A DNA stretch of 63,576 nt, filler included, from Hyphochytrium catenoides (taxonomy: Eukaryota > Protista > Hyphochytriomycota), in assembly GCA_900088475.1 (NCBI GenBank). It is 13 parts of 13 records of this genome, joined end to end, with 100 filler letters (N's around TTAATTAATTAA, not from the genome) between each part and the next. Parts side by side here need not be neighbours in the genome. Positions count along the whole stretch, not along the records: positions 1 to 24,747 come from FLMG01001496.1; 12 more parts are not named here. One strand, 5' to 3'. Positions 12,410 through 24,847 of the stretch are shown piece after piece. Position 1 is the first letter of the stretch. Each line of letters begins with the position of its first letter. Both the position numbers and the translations under genes were made by a program. A model generated the notes under the pieces. That model made no database searches, was not told where the DNA came from, and saw only the letters and a list, made by a program, of their open reading frames with translations.

Positions 12410-15400
12410 GGTTGCCTATAAGTTAACGATAGACAGGGTTCCTGTTAGATCTTCTTCGGGTTTTGCGGTCAGGTGACGACAATGAGAAAGTTGATGAGTG
12501 AGGTCAACGGATCGCTGACCCTCGGGCAGGCTCTAGGCTCTAGCTGGACGCTGGGATAGCATGGTGCCTAGCCCTGTTTCTCAAGGCTATCTACCTCCTA
12601 GATCTGTATGAGGCTGAGAGACAGTGTTGGCGCCAGATGTGGGAGGAGCTGGAGTGGACGTGACGAACAAGGTGCGCACAAATTCACGATAAGAACGGCC
12701 AAGTTATGTGCGCTGTAAAGATTGTTGAGGCAAATCTTTGGGCTGTTACATGCAAAGGTAGTAATAACCGTAGATAGTGCTTGATACCATGGATTCAGTC
12801 AAGGATTTGAGGAAGGGCGTATTACTACTTCAACGAAAAACGACATCTCCAACCCTGAGCACTGTGAAGTGCGCACGCCACACAAAGTGTGGTCTACGGT
12901 TGCATCCCCACCCAGCTTCTGATTCCACAATTTCGTGGTAAAGAGCATGTGCTCTGGACGAAGATATGACCATCCCAGAAGTAGACCACCCATCCTAAAC
13001 GTTAGAAAACAGAATGTGACACGATTCAGTAATACTTATTTGGGATTATCCGTGCTTCGCTTCACAATAGTGCGTGGCGGTTTGTGAAGGTAAAGTTGAC
13101 CTTGTTAATTTATTGAGCCGCTGCCTATTATTGCAGTAGACTGGTACTCTTATCCCCTCTAACCTCAATATTACTACTGTGCTTCAACAACAGGTCCCTA
13201 CAGATCATTTTGTCCTATCTTTCTTTCCCTTCCTGTTCTGATGGAGGAGGTCACAAACCACTCCGAATATCTATCTCTGTTCCCCTTTCTAGGCGTTTGT
13301 TGCAGGTTTCCCTCTCTCTGTCTCTCTTTCATCCTTGCCGGCCTTGGATTATTTTGTCGTGTCTCTAGCTGACTCTGTCTTGTCTTCACCATTGCTGGCT
13401 CTGTCTCAACTCACTAATTGCATGCCTCACGGCTTATCTCTTTCACGGCTCTGGCTGGTGCTTGTGGAACGATGACCACATGACCACGACAGCGCGACAG
13501 AGTTAACTCTGCCTTTAACACTTCCCGCCCTACCTCTTAAGAAAGTGTTGACGCGCAAGCACTGACGAATCAGCAACGACTGCTCGAATAGACATTCACG
13601 GTATCACGGAGTCAGTAAGCTGTTGCTAACAGATAAATTCTCCATATGGAAATACCTTTGTCCGCTAAGGAGCTTGACCAGTGACAAGCGTTGCTTTTCC
13701 TCACCCAGATCCACCGTGGCAAGCATAGTTATTTCAGTACTGTAGGAACACCTGGTGACACAAGCAGAGTTCCGCACTTGAACTGTACGCACTTTGACGA
13801 TTGGTGACATGATGATAACGAGCACATAGATAGTTCTAGGAAAAGCACAGCCAGGAAGCATTTCTCATTATATGGTACAGTAGCAGGGAGAAGTCTGGAT
13901 GCTGATGAGAAGTATGATGCTGGACGGATCACCTAATAATAACTATGAATAAAAGAAGAAGCAAGAAGATCTTCACCATCCAGAGGACTATAGTGTGCGT
14001 GTACTCGTCTCTGGTGACTGATGACTGATTGACTGTTTTTTAAACGCTTGAAAACATGGGAACAGAAGAAAGAAAAAGACACACGAAGACGATCTACTTA
14101 CTCGTACAAGGCTGCTTGCTTGCTTGGCGTTCGTCGTCAGAAACAGGTCGCACTACTTTGAGGACCGGAGGTACATGTCAAACTATTCCTGGTGCTGGTC
14201 TATAGAACGACAGAGGGAAGAGCTACTTGTAGTGTGAGGTTATTGCTTTTGTTATTGGGTCGATCGTTGCCTAATAACTTCGGGACCTGTCCCTGATCAA
14301 TCGACTTCCTACCCTCGTCTATTCCTCTGTAACTGCCATGCCTATGAAGCAGCGTGGAGGAGCAGATAGTAGTGTTTATCTCTTCTTATAATTAGTACCT
14401 CGGAGAGAAGCAATCAATATGCAACTAGATAGGCGGTAAAAGCAACTATAATCAGTCGTTTCGACCGTAGAAGACCTGGTGGAATCTTCCGGAAGACGGC
14501 TTGCCTTCACTGTCCACAGAAGAATCATGAGAAGACAGCTCTGAGGGGAATAAGAAAGGAAAGGATTAGATGTCATAAGCAACTGGCAATGGATGACCAT
14601 AAACCTTGTGGTCTCGCATTCCTAGCAGCGATTTTCTCCCTTCTTCTATGCCCTCTTTGGTGCATGGGTGCTGCTCAATTGTCCCGCCCTGATGAGTCGA
14701 TGGTCTGTCATCATCTTATTATAAGAGGGTAGCGTGCAGCGAGGATAGCATCCACCTGAGTACGACCACGTCGACCTAAAAAGAGACTGCACGCCACTAA
14801 GACGTCGCACTTTTCTCTCTTGAGAGTATCACCCGTACTGGTTAACACTTGCAAGAACGTCCAGGATCGCCTCTAGCGTCCTAGAAACGCCATTGATAAG
14901 AAGGTGGTCATAAAGCACAGTTCCCCAATGAGTTCTAACGAATGACGGTTAGAGGAATTGTGCGCCTCCCACATGACACTCTGGCTTGATGGTCAGGCAT
15001 TCATCCCACCATGAGGATGGACCTTAACTTACCTCACTGTCGGCATCGAGCTTGGTGTCTAGGTGTCGTGCTCGGGCCACCGTAGTTAAAGTGGACATAC
15101 CAACCCCAGTCCAGGACCGGTTATAGGACTGACCCATCACATGGTGGACACGAGTCATGACGGCTTCCGGAAGGACTATCAGCACAACTACCTGACGCAG
15201 TCCACGAAGGTTGGGGAGGCACTCAGCCAGACAAGCCAGAAGCCGGCAAGAGCTGGAAGCTAGGCACGCAAAGAACCGCCAAATCCTAACCTTTTGAGAT
15301 ATCGAACCTCACCATCCTCATCACCAAAGAACGCTTTCTCTTGTGAGCGTAATGGAGATCCTCCTTCACTTCCTCAACATAAATAGTAACCCTCAACCAA

Positions 15401-16354
15401 GATATGCCACTGCTTCTCCCAGCACCTAGGTCCAGGATAACGTGCTCCTAGGCGACAACATCGTCGCCCTTCGCATAATAAGGAGATTCATAGAGCAAAG
15501 GTGGTGTCCTTGGTGTGTATCCCCCGTGAGCCAGGATATGCCACTCTTTCTCGCCACAGTCGTGAGTCATGATTGCCACTCTCCCTCGCTATCAAGGGTC
15601 AACAAGACAAGTGTTCACCTGACAACCTGTCCTTCCAGTAGACAAGAAGGAGGATGCTGTTGCTCGCTCGTCAGCTTGTCGGCCCACTTGCCGTCATCTT
15701 CTCTAATCACCCATTGAATCTTCTAGGAACATTGCAATCGGCCAAGAGTGATAGAGCTGATAGTCCAATAATGAATCACTCCGAAGATTGGACAGATGAA
15801 CCCGTCACGATGGATGGATTCATATTAAGGATCTTTATATCTAGAATGGGAATGCTTAGGTGGTTCTGATTCTTGGACCAGTACAGGATGCACACCTCTT
15901 GACCATCACTCTTTGTGATTGATGTTGTCGGAGGGAAGATCTTCTTCATCACAGTGAATTGCACTTCGAGGACAGTGCATTGATCATCATATTGTAGGGA
16001 CGCGAAGGCCGTGGAGAGACTGAGAGACCGTTATCATCGGGCAGGGGCAGACAAAGGGCAGGGCTCCCCAAGGGCGCGGTGTCAATGTAACCACACTTTA
16101 AGCCTCACCACCCATACTGCCATCGATAAAAAAAGAAGAAATCATCAGTGGAATAGATAGGAGTAGCGGTAAGAAGTAGGAAGCACATCGTGGTGGCAAA
16201 TGAAAGGGTACTACTTCCCTCGGACCATGCGCTTCCGGAACCCAGCCCATCCAACCTTGCCAGCAGCATTGCCATTCCCCATTGTCAACTTTTCCTTCTG
16301 AAGATCAAGTACTCTTGTGGCAGGACCAGCTTAATACACAAGGACGCGATCAAG

Positions 16355-17539
16355 ATGATGGCAGGTGACCATCACCATGGCGAAGGCAGTCAAAACCACG
16401 TACAGCAAGGGACAGCAGCATCACCATCCGCGTCGAAAGTTGCCGCCAGCAAGTTAACAACGGAGCTGCTACTAAATCACCTCCAGTCATCGCCAATTGC
16501 AAGATATAGACTCTTACGCTACGACGAGCCACAAGAAGAATGGGAGGCCCTCGCCGATGTTCTCAACCAAAGCAATATAAAGGACGTCGACGAGTATACG
16601 GCCGACGCTGAACTATTACGCTTTGAACTCAGTCCCAAAGAAAAAAATTCTTTCAATCCCAGGAAGGATGTTATCGTTGCGGAGGACAAGTTGACAGGAG
16701 AAGTTGTGGCGTTCGGCTATTGCTTCCGTAAAGTGGGAGCCATCGAAGGCAAGGAAGTCATTACTTACACACAGTATGGCTTTGTACGACCCAGCCACCG
16801 CCGCCAGGGCATCGGATCTGCCATCTTAGACTTTACGGAGCTGAGATCCAGTGAGGTATGCCATGAAAATGGTGACTCGGAAGACTCTCGGAGAAAAAGA
16901 GTAACTATGCATGCTCTCGAAGGCTCTCCTCAGAGAAGCATTTTCAGCGAAAAGCGCGGTTACCTTCCGATAAGGTTCTATTATCTCCTTTCCAGCAGTT
17001 TGCTCGATGGTGTTAATGACAAGCTGGCTAGAAGGTGTCAGCCGCCTGAGGGAATCACAATTGAAGAAGGGCTGTCTGAAGATCAATGGATGGCGGCGTA
17101 CCGTGCGAAGTTTGATTTCTTTCTAAAGCATCACAACGCCAAACAGGTCTTTTCTGAAGATGACGCCAAGGAGTGGCATGATGACCCAAGAAATGATGAT
17201 TCCCTTCATCGCATTGCGTGGGCTGAGACATCAGATGGCAAGAGGAAAATAGTTGGAGTCTCGCTTAACATGATTGACAGGCCCAACAATGAAGTCCTTG
17301 GAGTGAAGCGCGGATGGATAAATGAGTTAGGAGTCGCCCCCGAGTGGCGTGGTAAGGGCTTGGGAGGAGCACTTATTTATGCTAGTGCAATAGCCTTCCG
17401 AGAGCGCAAGATGGAGGAAATTTGCCTGGGAGTCGATGGAGCGAACCCGACCAATGCACAGCGAACCTATATGAACTTAGGTTTCTCTCGAGTAACAAAC
17501 AACTCCATCACTATCTACGAGAAGGCAATGCTATTCTAG
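16355..17539 (+). CDS. Tandem (two-domain) GNAT N-acetyltransferase, bacterial MshD-like architecture, intronless
   Basis: Two acetyl-CoA motif-A segments: GFVRPSHRRQGIGSAIL and LGVAPEWRGKGLGGALI; C-terminal LGVDGANPTNAQRTYMNLGF. First in-frame ATG at 16355 (ORF track starts at an upstream GTG). Confidence 0.88.
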   Translation: MMAGDHHHGEGSQNHVQQGTAASPSASKVAASKLTTELLLNHLQSSPIARYRLLRYDEPQEEWEALADVLNQSNIKDVDEYTADAELLRFELSPKEKNSFNPRKDVIVAEDKLTGEVVAFGYCFRKVGAIEGKEVITYTQYGFVRPSHRRQGIGSAILDFTELRSSEVCHENGDSEDSRRKRVTMHALEGSPQRSIFSEKRGYLPIRFYYLLSSSLLDGVNDKLARRCQPPEGITIEEGLSEDQWMAAYRAKFDFFLKHHNAKQVFSEDDAKEWHDDPRNDDSLHRIAWAETSDGKRKIVGVSLNMIDRPNNEVLGVKRGWINELGVAPEWRGKGLGGALIYASAIAFRERKMEEICLGVDGANPTNAQRTYMNLGFSRVTNNSITIYEKAMLF

Positions 17540-17749
17540 TGCTTGCACTGACAACAGTTCAGAATATTAGGCTCTTTGTCCTCCTGCATCACTTGCCGTC
17601 TTCGTCGAGCGCTAGTGTGTAGATCCGGGTATTGCTTAGAAGTTTTTGTCCTTCTCATGCCCACTCTTGACATAATAACAGCCTCTCCTAGATAAGGTAT
17701 TGACACAAAGCTGAGTTCAGAGCATCCATAAGTTATGGTTGATTAGTAA

Positions 17750-18620
17750 AGAGCCTGTGGTGATATTTCTAATACCTAATCCCAGCTACCCATTCTCAAA
17801 GCAATGCTTGGACCGAGCTGTATCAGAAGAGAGACGAGATTATATGGACATTATTATCTGCTTTTCAATAATGACACGCCCTTTTGGGGGGAAGAAACTC
17901 CTGGTAAAGGAGTCGTCATGGCCTCTACACAGTACCAGCAGAGGCTGTGAGGCTGTAAGTATCGACAGCACAATAGTCAAGCTTTTTACGTAAGCAATGT
18001 ATGACGGCTTGTTCCCTGTACCTTTCACCTGCGAGTGTGTTGACTAAGCCCAACAGCGCATTTACCTCCTCACACAGGGAAGAAGTGCCGGGAGGGGTGC
18101 TCTCATCATACTTTTCAAGAGGACACACTAAAGTTGCCAAACGTCCGTATCACTGCCTGCAGTATCACCGCCAAGAGGAGCAGTTCTACGCAGTTCTAGT
18201 GTTCTACGGTGGGTATGCCTTATGCCTCTTTTACAAGTGTTAACTACCCGAAGATTGGTCTATGGTGAGGACTCTTGCCTCTACATAATCAGAACAGCAG
18301 GAGGAATGAGAAGGCGCTTGTGCAGAAAGGATCAAGTTCAAGTCAACAAACCCTGGATATCTAGTACTCGTATAACTGAGGTTCAAACTGCAGAAAGAGA
18401 CTGCAAGGCTCCAATCCTCCCCACAATTTCCTTCCGACCGAGCGAAGAAAGAATCAAGGGAGTCTCTGATGATAGCATAAGCACAATAAAGCCATAAGAG
18501 GAGAGCTCTGAAGCTGCTGAACCGGACATTACACCTCTTCAAGTCCACTTGCTCCTCATGTGGACAGATCAAACAACAGTGCTGCACTGCTGCTGCGGAT
18601 GTTGAAGTGTGAGCTGCTGG
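17750..18620 (+). mobile_element. Possible decayed Mutator/MULE-like transposase relic
   Basis: Broken frames with weak resemblance to MULE C-terminal motifs in order: STSRGCEAVS (TTxRxES), APILPTISFRPSEERIK (PP..GRPKKKR), TCSSCGQ (zinc knuckle). Confidence 0.22.
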
Positions 18621-19397
18621 TCCTGCAAGAATCAAGGGGAGGAGGAGATCAAGAAGGAGGAAGTGAGGGAAGCGCTTTGTCTTCTGAGTCCAACCCTTTC
18701 CCCATTCCCACCCCGTCGGCATCGGGCCGGATGCGGACGTTGAGTAGTACCACGACGATGTGTCTGTACAAACTAACGTCCTACAACGANNNNNNNNNNN
18801 NNNNNNNNNNNNNNNNNNNNCGAACCCGGACCGCTTCCTTGGAAGGGAAGAATCCTAACCATTAGACCACGAATGCTTTGGTTACATTCACAGTCAAGCA
18901 GCTTACCTAATTGAAGCCCTGCTACACTTTCGTGATCAGAGCTTTCTCCTGTTCTTTTCCTAATAAAGACCGATCTCGGAAACTTTCATCAAACCCAATC
19001 AGTTTGCCCTAATAAACCCGGATATTTTCGTGGACCGTTGTACTTAGTAGTTCCATGGTCATCGGCGTCGTATTCTGCGTGGCGAAGCGTCATCATCAGA
19101 GGCGCGAACTCATCATCACCAGGATCCAGATCCTCCAGGCACTGCTCGCTGCTGCTCGGTGGTCAGGTGCTGCGGCCGATGTCAATGCGTTAGTCCCTTG
19201 TCTACATCGTCCACTGCTGCTTCATCTGCAGCGCCGTCATCCCCTCTTGCCTCCTCCACTGCATTAGTCGCTTCAGAATCTGCCTAGCATCCTTGCCTTC
19301 CTTCGTGAGCCTTAGCTGTTAGGCTTGCCACAGTCATATAGTAGTGAGACGAAGCTGTGGATTGGTTGCAGCAGGGCGAACGTTAGGGACGGTCGTG

Positions 19398-21136
19398 ATG
19401 ACGACTCTCGGTGAAGAGATGGCCAAGAAAGAGGCTGAGACAACGCAAGCATCAGAAGTCTCACTTTCAGAAAGCAAGGGGACCATCAAACGGGTCGCCA
19501 TTGTGACCTCTGGCAGCCGAGGAGATACGCAGCCTTACATTGCCCTTGCCCTGGAGCTTAAGAAACGTGGCTATGAAGTGGTGCTGGCTACGGAGGAAAG
19601 AATGCGAGAACTAGTGGAAGAGTTCAAGCTTGAATTCTTCCCCATCGCTGGAGATCCGACGGCACTAATCTATGGGAAAGAGTCACAGGTCAGATTCGCA
19701 TTGTATCCTTCTTCTGCAGATGCTCTCATTGATGCATCATCAGAATCTGTTTGATCAATTGTATGCTGATTGCGAGGCATCTCTTGCAGGACCTGCTTGC
19801 GAAGGGTCATATCCTCCAGATCATGAAGAAGGTCGGGGAGCACAATGCTCAGTTTGAGCAGCAGGCTCTGATAGACTATGAGAAGGCTTGCGAAGGCGCA
19901 GACCTCATAGTCTCTGGTCCTCTCTGTATGACGGCAACATACTGCATTGCGGAGAAGCTAAGAGTCCCATGGGTACCTGTGCTGTTAGGTCCAACCCTAG
20001 CCACCGGTGACTACCCTTTGTATGCCATAACCACGCGGAACCTATACTTTCGTGCTTTGAATAGAGCAACCTACAGCATTGTCTTCGGCCTCCTTTGGAG
20101 CCAAGAGAGGAAGAAGATCAACACGTGGAGGCAAGAGAAGCTGAAGCTTCCACCTATGTCCTCGTCTTTGAGCAGCATCATTGAGCAACAAAATATTCCC
20201 GTCATTGTTGGATGCAATCGAAACTTAATTCCCTTTCGCAAGAAGCCTGCTGATTGGCTTCCAGCAGCTGCTTTGACTGGCTTTCTCTATGTTCCAAAGA
20301 CATTTTCGGAAGACGTGGACCCTCAGCTTGTTAAATTTGTGGAGAAGGCAGGCTCTGAGCTGATCTACCTGGGCTTTGGATCGATGCCGTGTCCGGATCC
20401 TCTAGAGATGCTAAAATTGGGGATAGCGGTAAGAAGTGTTCCTCATCTAACTACCATGCAAGCCATTTTTTTGTAGGTCGCCAGGAGAGAGCGTTGGCTG
20501 TTATCTTCCCCTCCTCTGTCGTCTCGACACTATGCGACAAAGTCTAACTCATCACGGACTTTCCTGGTAGATTGTCGAGGCCACGGCAATGAAAGCTGTC
20601 ATGGTCGCAGGCTGGTCTGAACTATCGAAGCCTATCGAGAACGGCGAGATCACAATCCCTGAAACAATGTTTCTAACCAAAGCAGCGCCTCATGATTGGC
20701 TCTTCCCGCGGTAAGCTCTCGTTAGGCATTCCTAGCAACAACTTACCGTTGTCCAAATAGAGTTGTGACTGTGCACTGCGTTGGCTGACATAATCTTCGT
20801 TGCGGATCCTCTAGATGCAGGGTGATTGTTCATCACGGTGGAGTTGGGACGTCGGCCGCGGTGCTGCGGGCGGGCGTACCTTCTGTCCCTTGTCCTTTCA
20901 TGCTAGATCAGCCGTTCATAACGGGAGTATTGCATGAACTAGGTGTGGCTACGAAGCCAGTGTTGTTCAGCAAACTGAAGAGAGAACAGCTAGTTGCCGA
21001 TATCAAGCATGCAGCGACGAGTACTGAGATAAGAGCACGTGCGGAAGAAGTAGCCAAGGAGATCGCCGCAGAAGATGGAGCTGCGGCTGCTTGTGATGTC
21101 ATCCTTAACGCTCCTAACACCTTCCTGGCAGCCTAA
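19398..21136 (+). CDS. Sterol 3-beta-glucosyltransferase (UGT80/UGT51-like), 4 exons (19398-19688, 19790-20428, 20571-20710, 20815-21136), ~463 aa
   Basis: [79 protein letters not shown]; introns GT-AG and phase-consistent. Confidence 0.93.
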
Positions 21137-21693
21137 CAGCCCACTATTTGTCCACGACCTTTCAGAGCACTGTTCGATGTAACTATACGCCTTTGCTTTT
21201 GCTGTTTAGCTAAACAGATACCTACAAACATAACCAATGAATGGGACACAAACAGCGTCGCACCCTGGACGGAGTAAATGTTAGCCCGACAGAGGCACAG
21301 TGGTACCGTTGCTCCTTATTTGCACCGCCAGGATTTGCCTCTGTAGAGTGGTGAGGGACCGCTTCAGACAGATGCCAAAAGGGAGTGAGAACGGGGAAGA
21401 TGGTTGACGGAAGAGGGACCTTAGGATTATCTGACATAAATGTCCACCAATGAACTGGGGACGATGGGTCTCGCCTTCCGCTTAAGGAATTAAGGGATCA
21501 CTACGACACGACTCTGTAGCATGGTCTCTCACCTCCGTGTACTTCTCATAACCTCGGTATCGCCGGACATGAAGATTTCCCATCTTTTTGTCATAATGCT
21601 TCTCTCTCTGTTTCCAAGGTTACTCGGTGCTTAATCAGCATCTCTCTCTGCACATTATCAGCAACTCTCTTGGCACTGGCCACACTATCAGCC

Positions 21694-23027
21694 TCACTTT
21701 TTAGAGCTTGTTGACGACACCGGGGCTGGGGATGTTGACATGGATGGACGGATCATGATTGACTGGCGACTAGAGATACTCACAGGTCCAGGCTTCAAAT
21801 AGTTGGCCATCTGAATCCGGACCAAAGCCATAAATGATTCAGTCATGACCGACGACGCTAAGGAGAGCACTCCAATGCTGGACTCTCGCATAGCAAAGAG
21901 GGTCAATAGATAGCTGAAACTAAAGACGGTGAAAGAGAAAACAAAGCCCCGGGAATACTTAGCAATTCTCTGTCCGATGTCAACCAGATCCGCAGACTGC
22001 GACTGCAACAGAAGCATCGCCAAACTCCTGCCAAAGCTTCTGACAATGCCCGCTATAATCAGAAAGACAAGGCAAGCGAGGGAACCGGATCCAACTTTGA
22101 GCCCAAAGATCTCAAAGACTATGTAGCCAATGGGGAGGACCACGACCAGGATGTACGCACCAAACCTAGCGTACTTTAGACCACGAATCTCTAGCCTGGA
22201 GCGTGTCATACTGGCACTACGAAGGTAAGCCTCCTTCCATCCCAGCAGTAGCAAGGCATATGAGGCAACCACGCCAGCTCCATTAAGCGCGAGAGCCACA
22301 GATCTCCGTTTATGCAGAATGAAGAGCGGATCGCCTCCAGAAGCAATGATAATAAGAATGCTCTGACTTGACAGCCCTCCCACTGTTCCAAGGAGGTTGG
22401 ATGCCAGGATCATATAGGAACGCCGCTGGGTCTGGTTCGTTGCTTTCCTTACCTTGAACAATGCTAGAAGTGTTTGGAGGTTCAGTGCGATGCAAAACAA
22501 ATAGTAACACAGACCGAACGACGCGATGGTGATCGCAATCTTCGATGCCTGATTCGTTTTTTGAAAGGACACCAGACGAAGCGAGCAAGAAGGGAATCAG
22601 AGCGAATGAGAAGAAATGTTAGACAAGGAAAGCGGCCAATCGGGAGGCGCAATCTGGATAGCAGAGGCAAGAAAGAGCAAGATGCACGTAGCGATAAAGC
22701 GTCAGTGAGCACTCAGTAGCAAAAAGAAAGGGAGGAGTGAGGCCACAATCGGCCTGACACCTGACCAGAAGTGTAGAAGCGTCACGGTTTGGAAAGGAGA
22801 CGACAGATGTAGGAGAGACGAGAGCTGACGAGGGGTAACGCAGGGGAACCACGTACCGTCCCGGGTTCGCACTCTAGTGTATTCCCTTTGTTCTGGAAGC
22901 CATAGAAAGTGGAGCAGATGCACACGCCAGAGGAGGCGCCGGATGGCCCTGATCGGCGTCGGTAGCAATCAAAGCCAGGGATGGCGCAGACAGGATGAGC
23001 CCAGATGTTACACTCTTCCGCCTCCAT
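21694..23027 (-). CDS. EGF-like Cys domain + seven-transmembrane (GPCR-like) protein, 2 exons (23027-22857, 22548-21694), ~341 aa
   Basis: Exon 1 has six Cys (ECNIW..VCAIPGFDC..GVCICSTFYG..LEC); ACG|GTACGT donor and AATCAG| acceptor are in phase; exon 2 has seven hydrophobic segments and a Ser-rich tail. Confidence 0.72.
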
Positions 23028-24552
23028 TATCCTTTCAAACAGTGAGCAATGGTGGCTCTTCTCAACGGAGACAAACAGTAGAACCTGTGGTCTTGCGCCC
23101 TTCTCGTTCTTCTCCTTTCTCGATGGTAGCGCCTTCTTGTTTATCTCACGCCATACACCACAATACTTTCTCCAGCTGTGGATGAGTCTTCTCTCTTTGC
23201 TTTTCCTGCTTGCTCGTCTGTTTGCTCTAACAACTACAGGGCTTGGCACCTTGTGACCGCCTTACTCTATCCTTAGGTTTATGAGCTATGGCGATGGGGT
23301 TAGCCGCCCCACCCTGTTAGTTGGGCTTGTAGTCAAACAAGCTTAGCGTGACCGGACCTGGGGAAGATCGGCCGTAGCGAGGCAGTGATACAAAGGGCTA
23401 AACGCTAAGAAGAGCTCTCGGTCGCGTCTAAAGCAATCGAAGTGGCTCTTCCTCGAGCTACTCGATACCTCAGCAGACGTCGGGACACCACAGCGAAAAG
23501 CCGTCAAGGAGAAAATGAGCAGCATGCATCAGGCGGTTTGAAGCTTTGCAGTGCTGGTTCCCGGCCCTAGAGATACTCTAAAAGGGTCTCGGTGAATCTA
23601 GCATCCTGCTGCTGCTGGTAAATAAGAATAGAAGACTGCGGAGATCGCCCGCCGTAGTGATTTTCTCTGCTCTTTGTGTCTTTGTCCTTGAACAGGGTCA
23701 GGAGATGAAGGTAGGCTAGAGTTTGCCCATCCTCGTCGTACGTCTAGCAGACCAATCGGAGCTTGTCCTCCAAGATCTGCTCTTTCCTTCTCTCTCTCTC
23801 TTTGTACCTCCCACTTCCTAGCTCTTCTATTATTTGCGGAGCAGTAGAGGACTCTTCCTTGTCGTTCGTGTTAGAGATGCTTCACCGTCTCTCTGAAGAA
23901 AGGAAGTGAGTCCTCTTAACGTCGTTGGTGTGACTTGCGTCGCAATGGTTTCTCTGTCTCTAGAAGAAGATGGCAAGCAGCGAAGGTGTGAAAGCTGCTG
24001 CTAGTTGAGACCAGAAGATGAAGAAGACTCTCTATTAACGTAGCAAAGGGACGATAAGCTGTCGACAATATTAGAGGAGGAATAAGTAAGTGAAGGTTAT
24101 CTTAACATCCTCACGTGCCGATCCTCCTCTGCCAGTTCTGTCTCTCACGTCTTCACATGGGCAGTAGGAACCTAACAGCCTTGCTTTCACACTCATCAGG
24201 GCCAAACTCTCTCTCTCTCTCCCTCTCCAGTCTCCCCGTCCTAGTTCTTCTTTCTCCGCCTGTTGAGAAGGTTTCCTTCTCTCTGATCCTTCCTTAGCTT
24301 TCCTGTTCTCTTTCTCCTCGTCTATCTTCCTCCTGTTATTACGAATGCGAACTTCTGAGCTATCTCTGCTCACTTCTCTTTCAACTCTTCCTTTGGCTTT
24401 GAGACGCCATTCTTTCTTGCTATTCTTGTGACTGAAGAACGGCTTTGCATTCCTCTCCAAGTCTGAATTCTCTCGGCCTCTCTCTCTCTGTTTTTACTTT
24501 TGTGTGGCACCAGTTCTTTACATTGTTTCCTTGGACTCATTTCTTTTTTGCA

Positions 24553-24591
<39 letters not shown>

Positions 24592-24791
24592 AACTTTTGT
24601 GCCTTTCCCTCTCTCTCTCTATCCTCCCCTCTCTCTTCTTTTCTCTCTTGCTGGTATTCTTCTTCAGTATCGTCTCCTTTATATCATCTCTTTGATCTCT
24701 TCTCTCTCTCTCTCTCTCTCTCTCTGCCTCTCTCTCTCTCTCTGTCTNNNNNNNNNNNNNNNNNNNNNNNNNNNNNNNNNNNNNNNNNNNN

Positions 24792-24803
24792 TTAATTAAT
24801 TAA
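24792..24803. other. Artificial contig linker TTAATTAATTAA inside an N-run (also at 26156, 35376, 39212, 41406, 44200, 47418, 51170, 53197, 58054, 60070, 62391)
   Basis: Identical 12-mer with stops in all six frames, always flanked by N runs. Confidence 0.97.
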
Positions 24804-24847
24804 NNNNNNNNNNNNNNNNNNNNNNNNNNNNNNNNNNNNNNNNNNNN

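Noticed and set aside
11870-12421. 183-aa ORF antisense to GS, and 235-aa ORF antisense to RPS3 (60461-61168)
   Set aside because: Shadow ORFs produced by codon bias of highly expressed genes.
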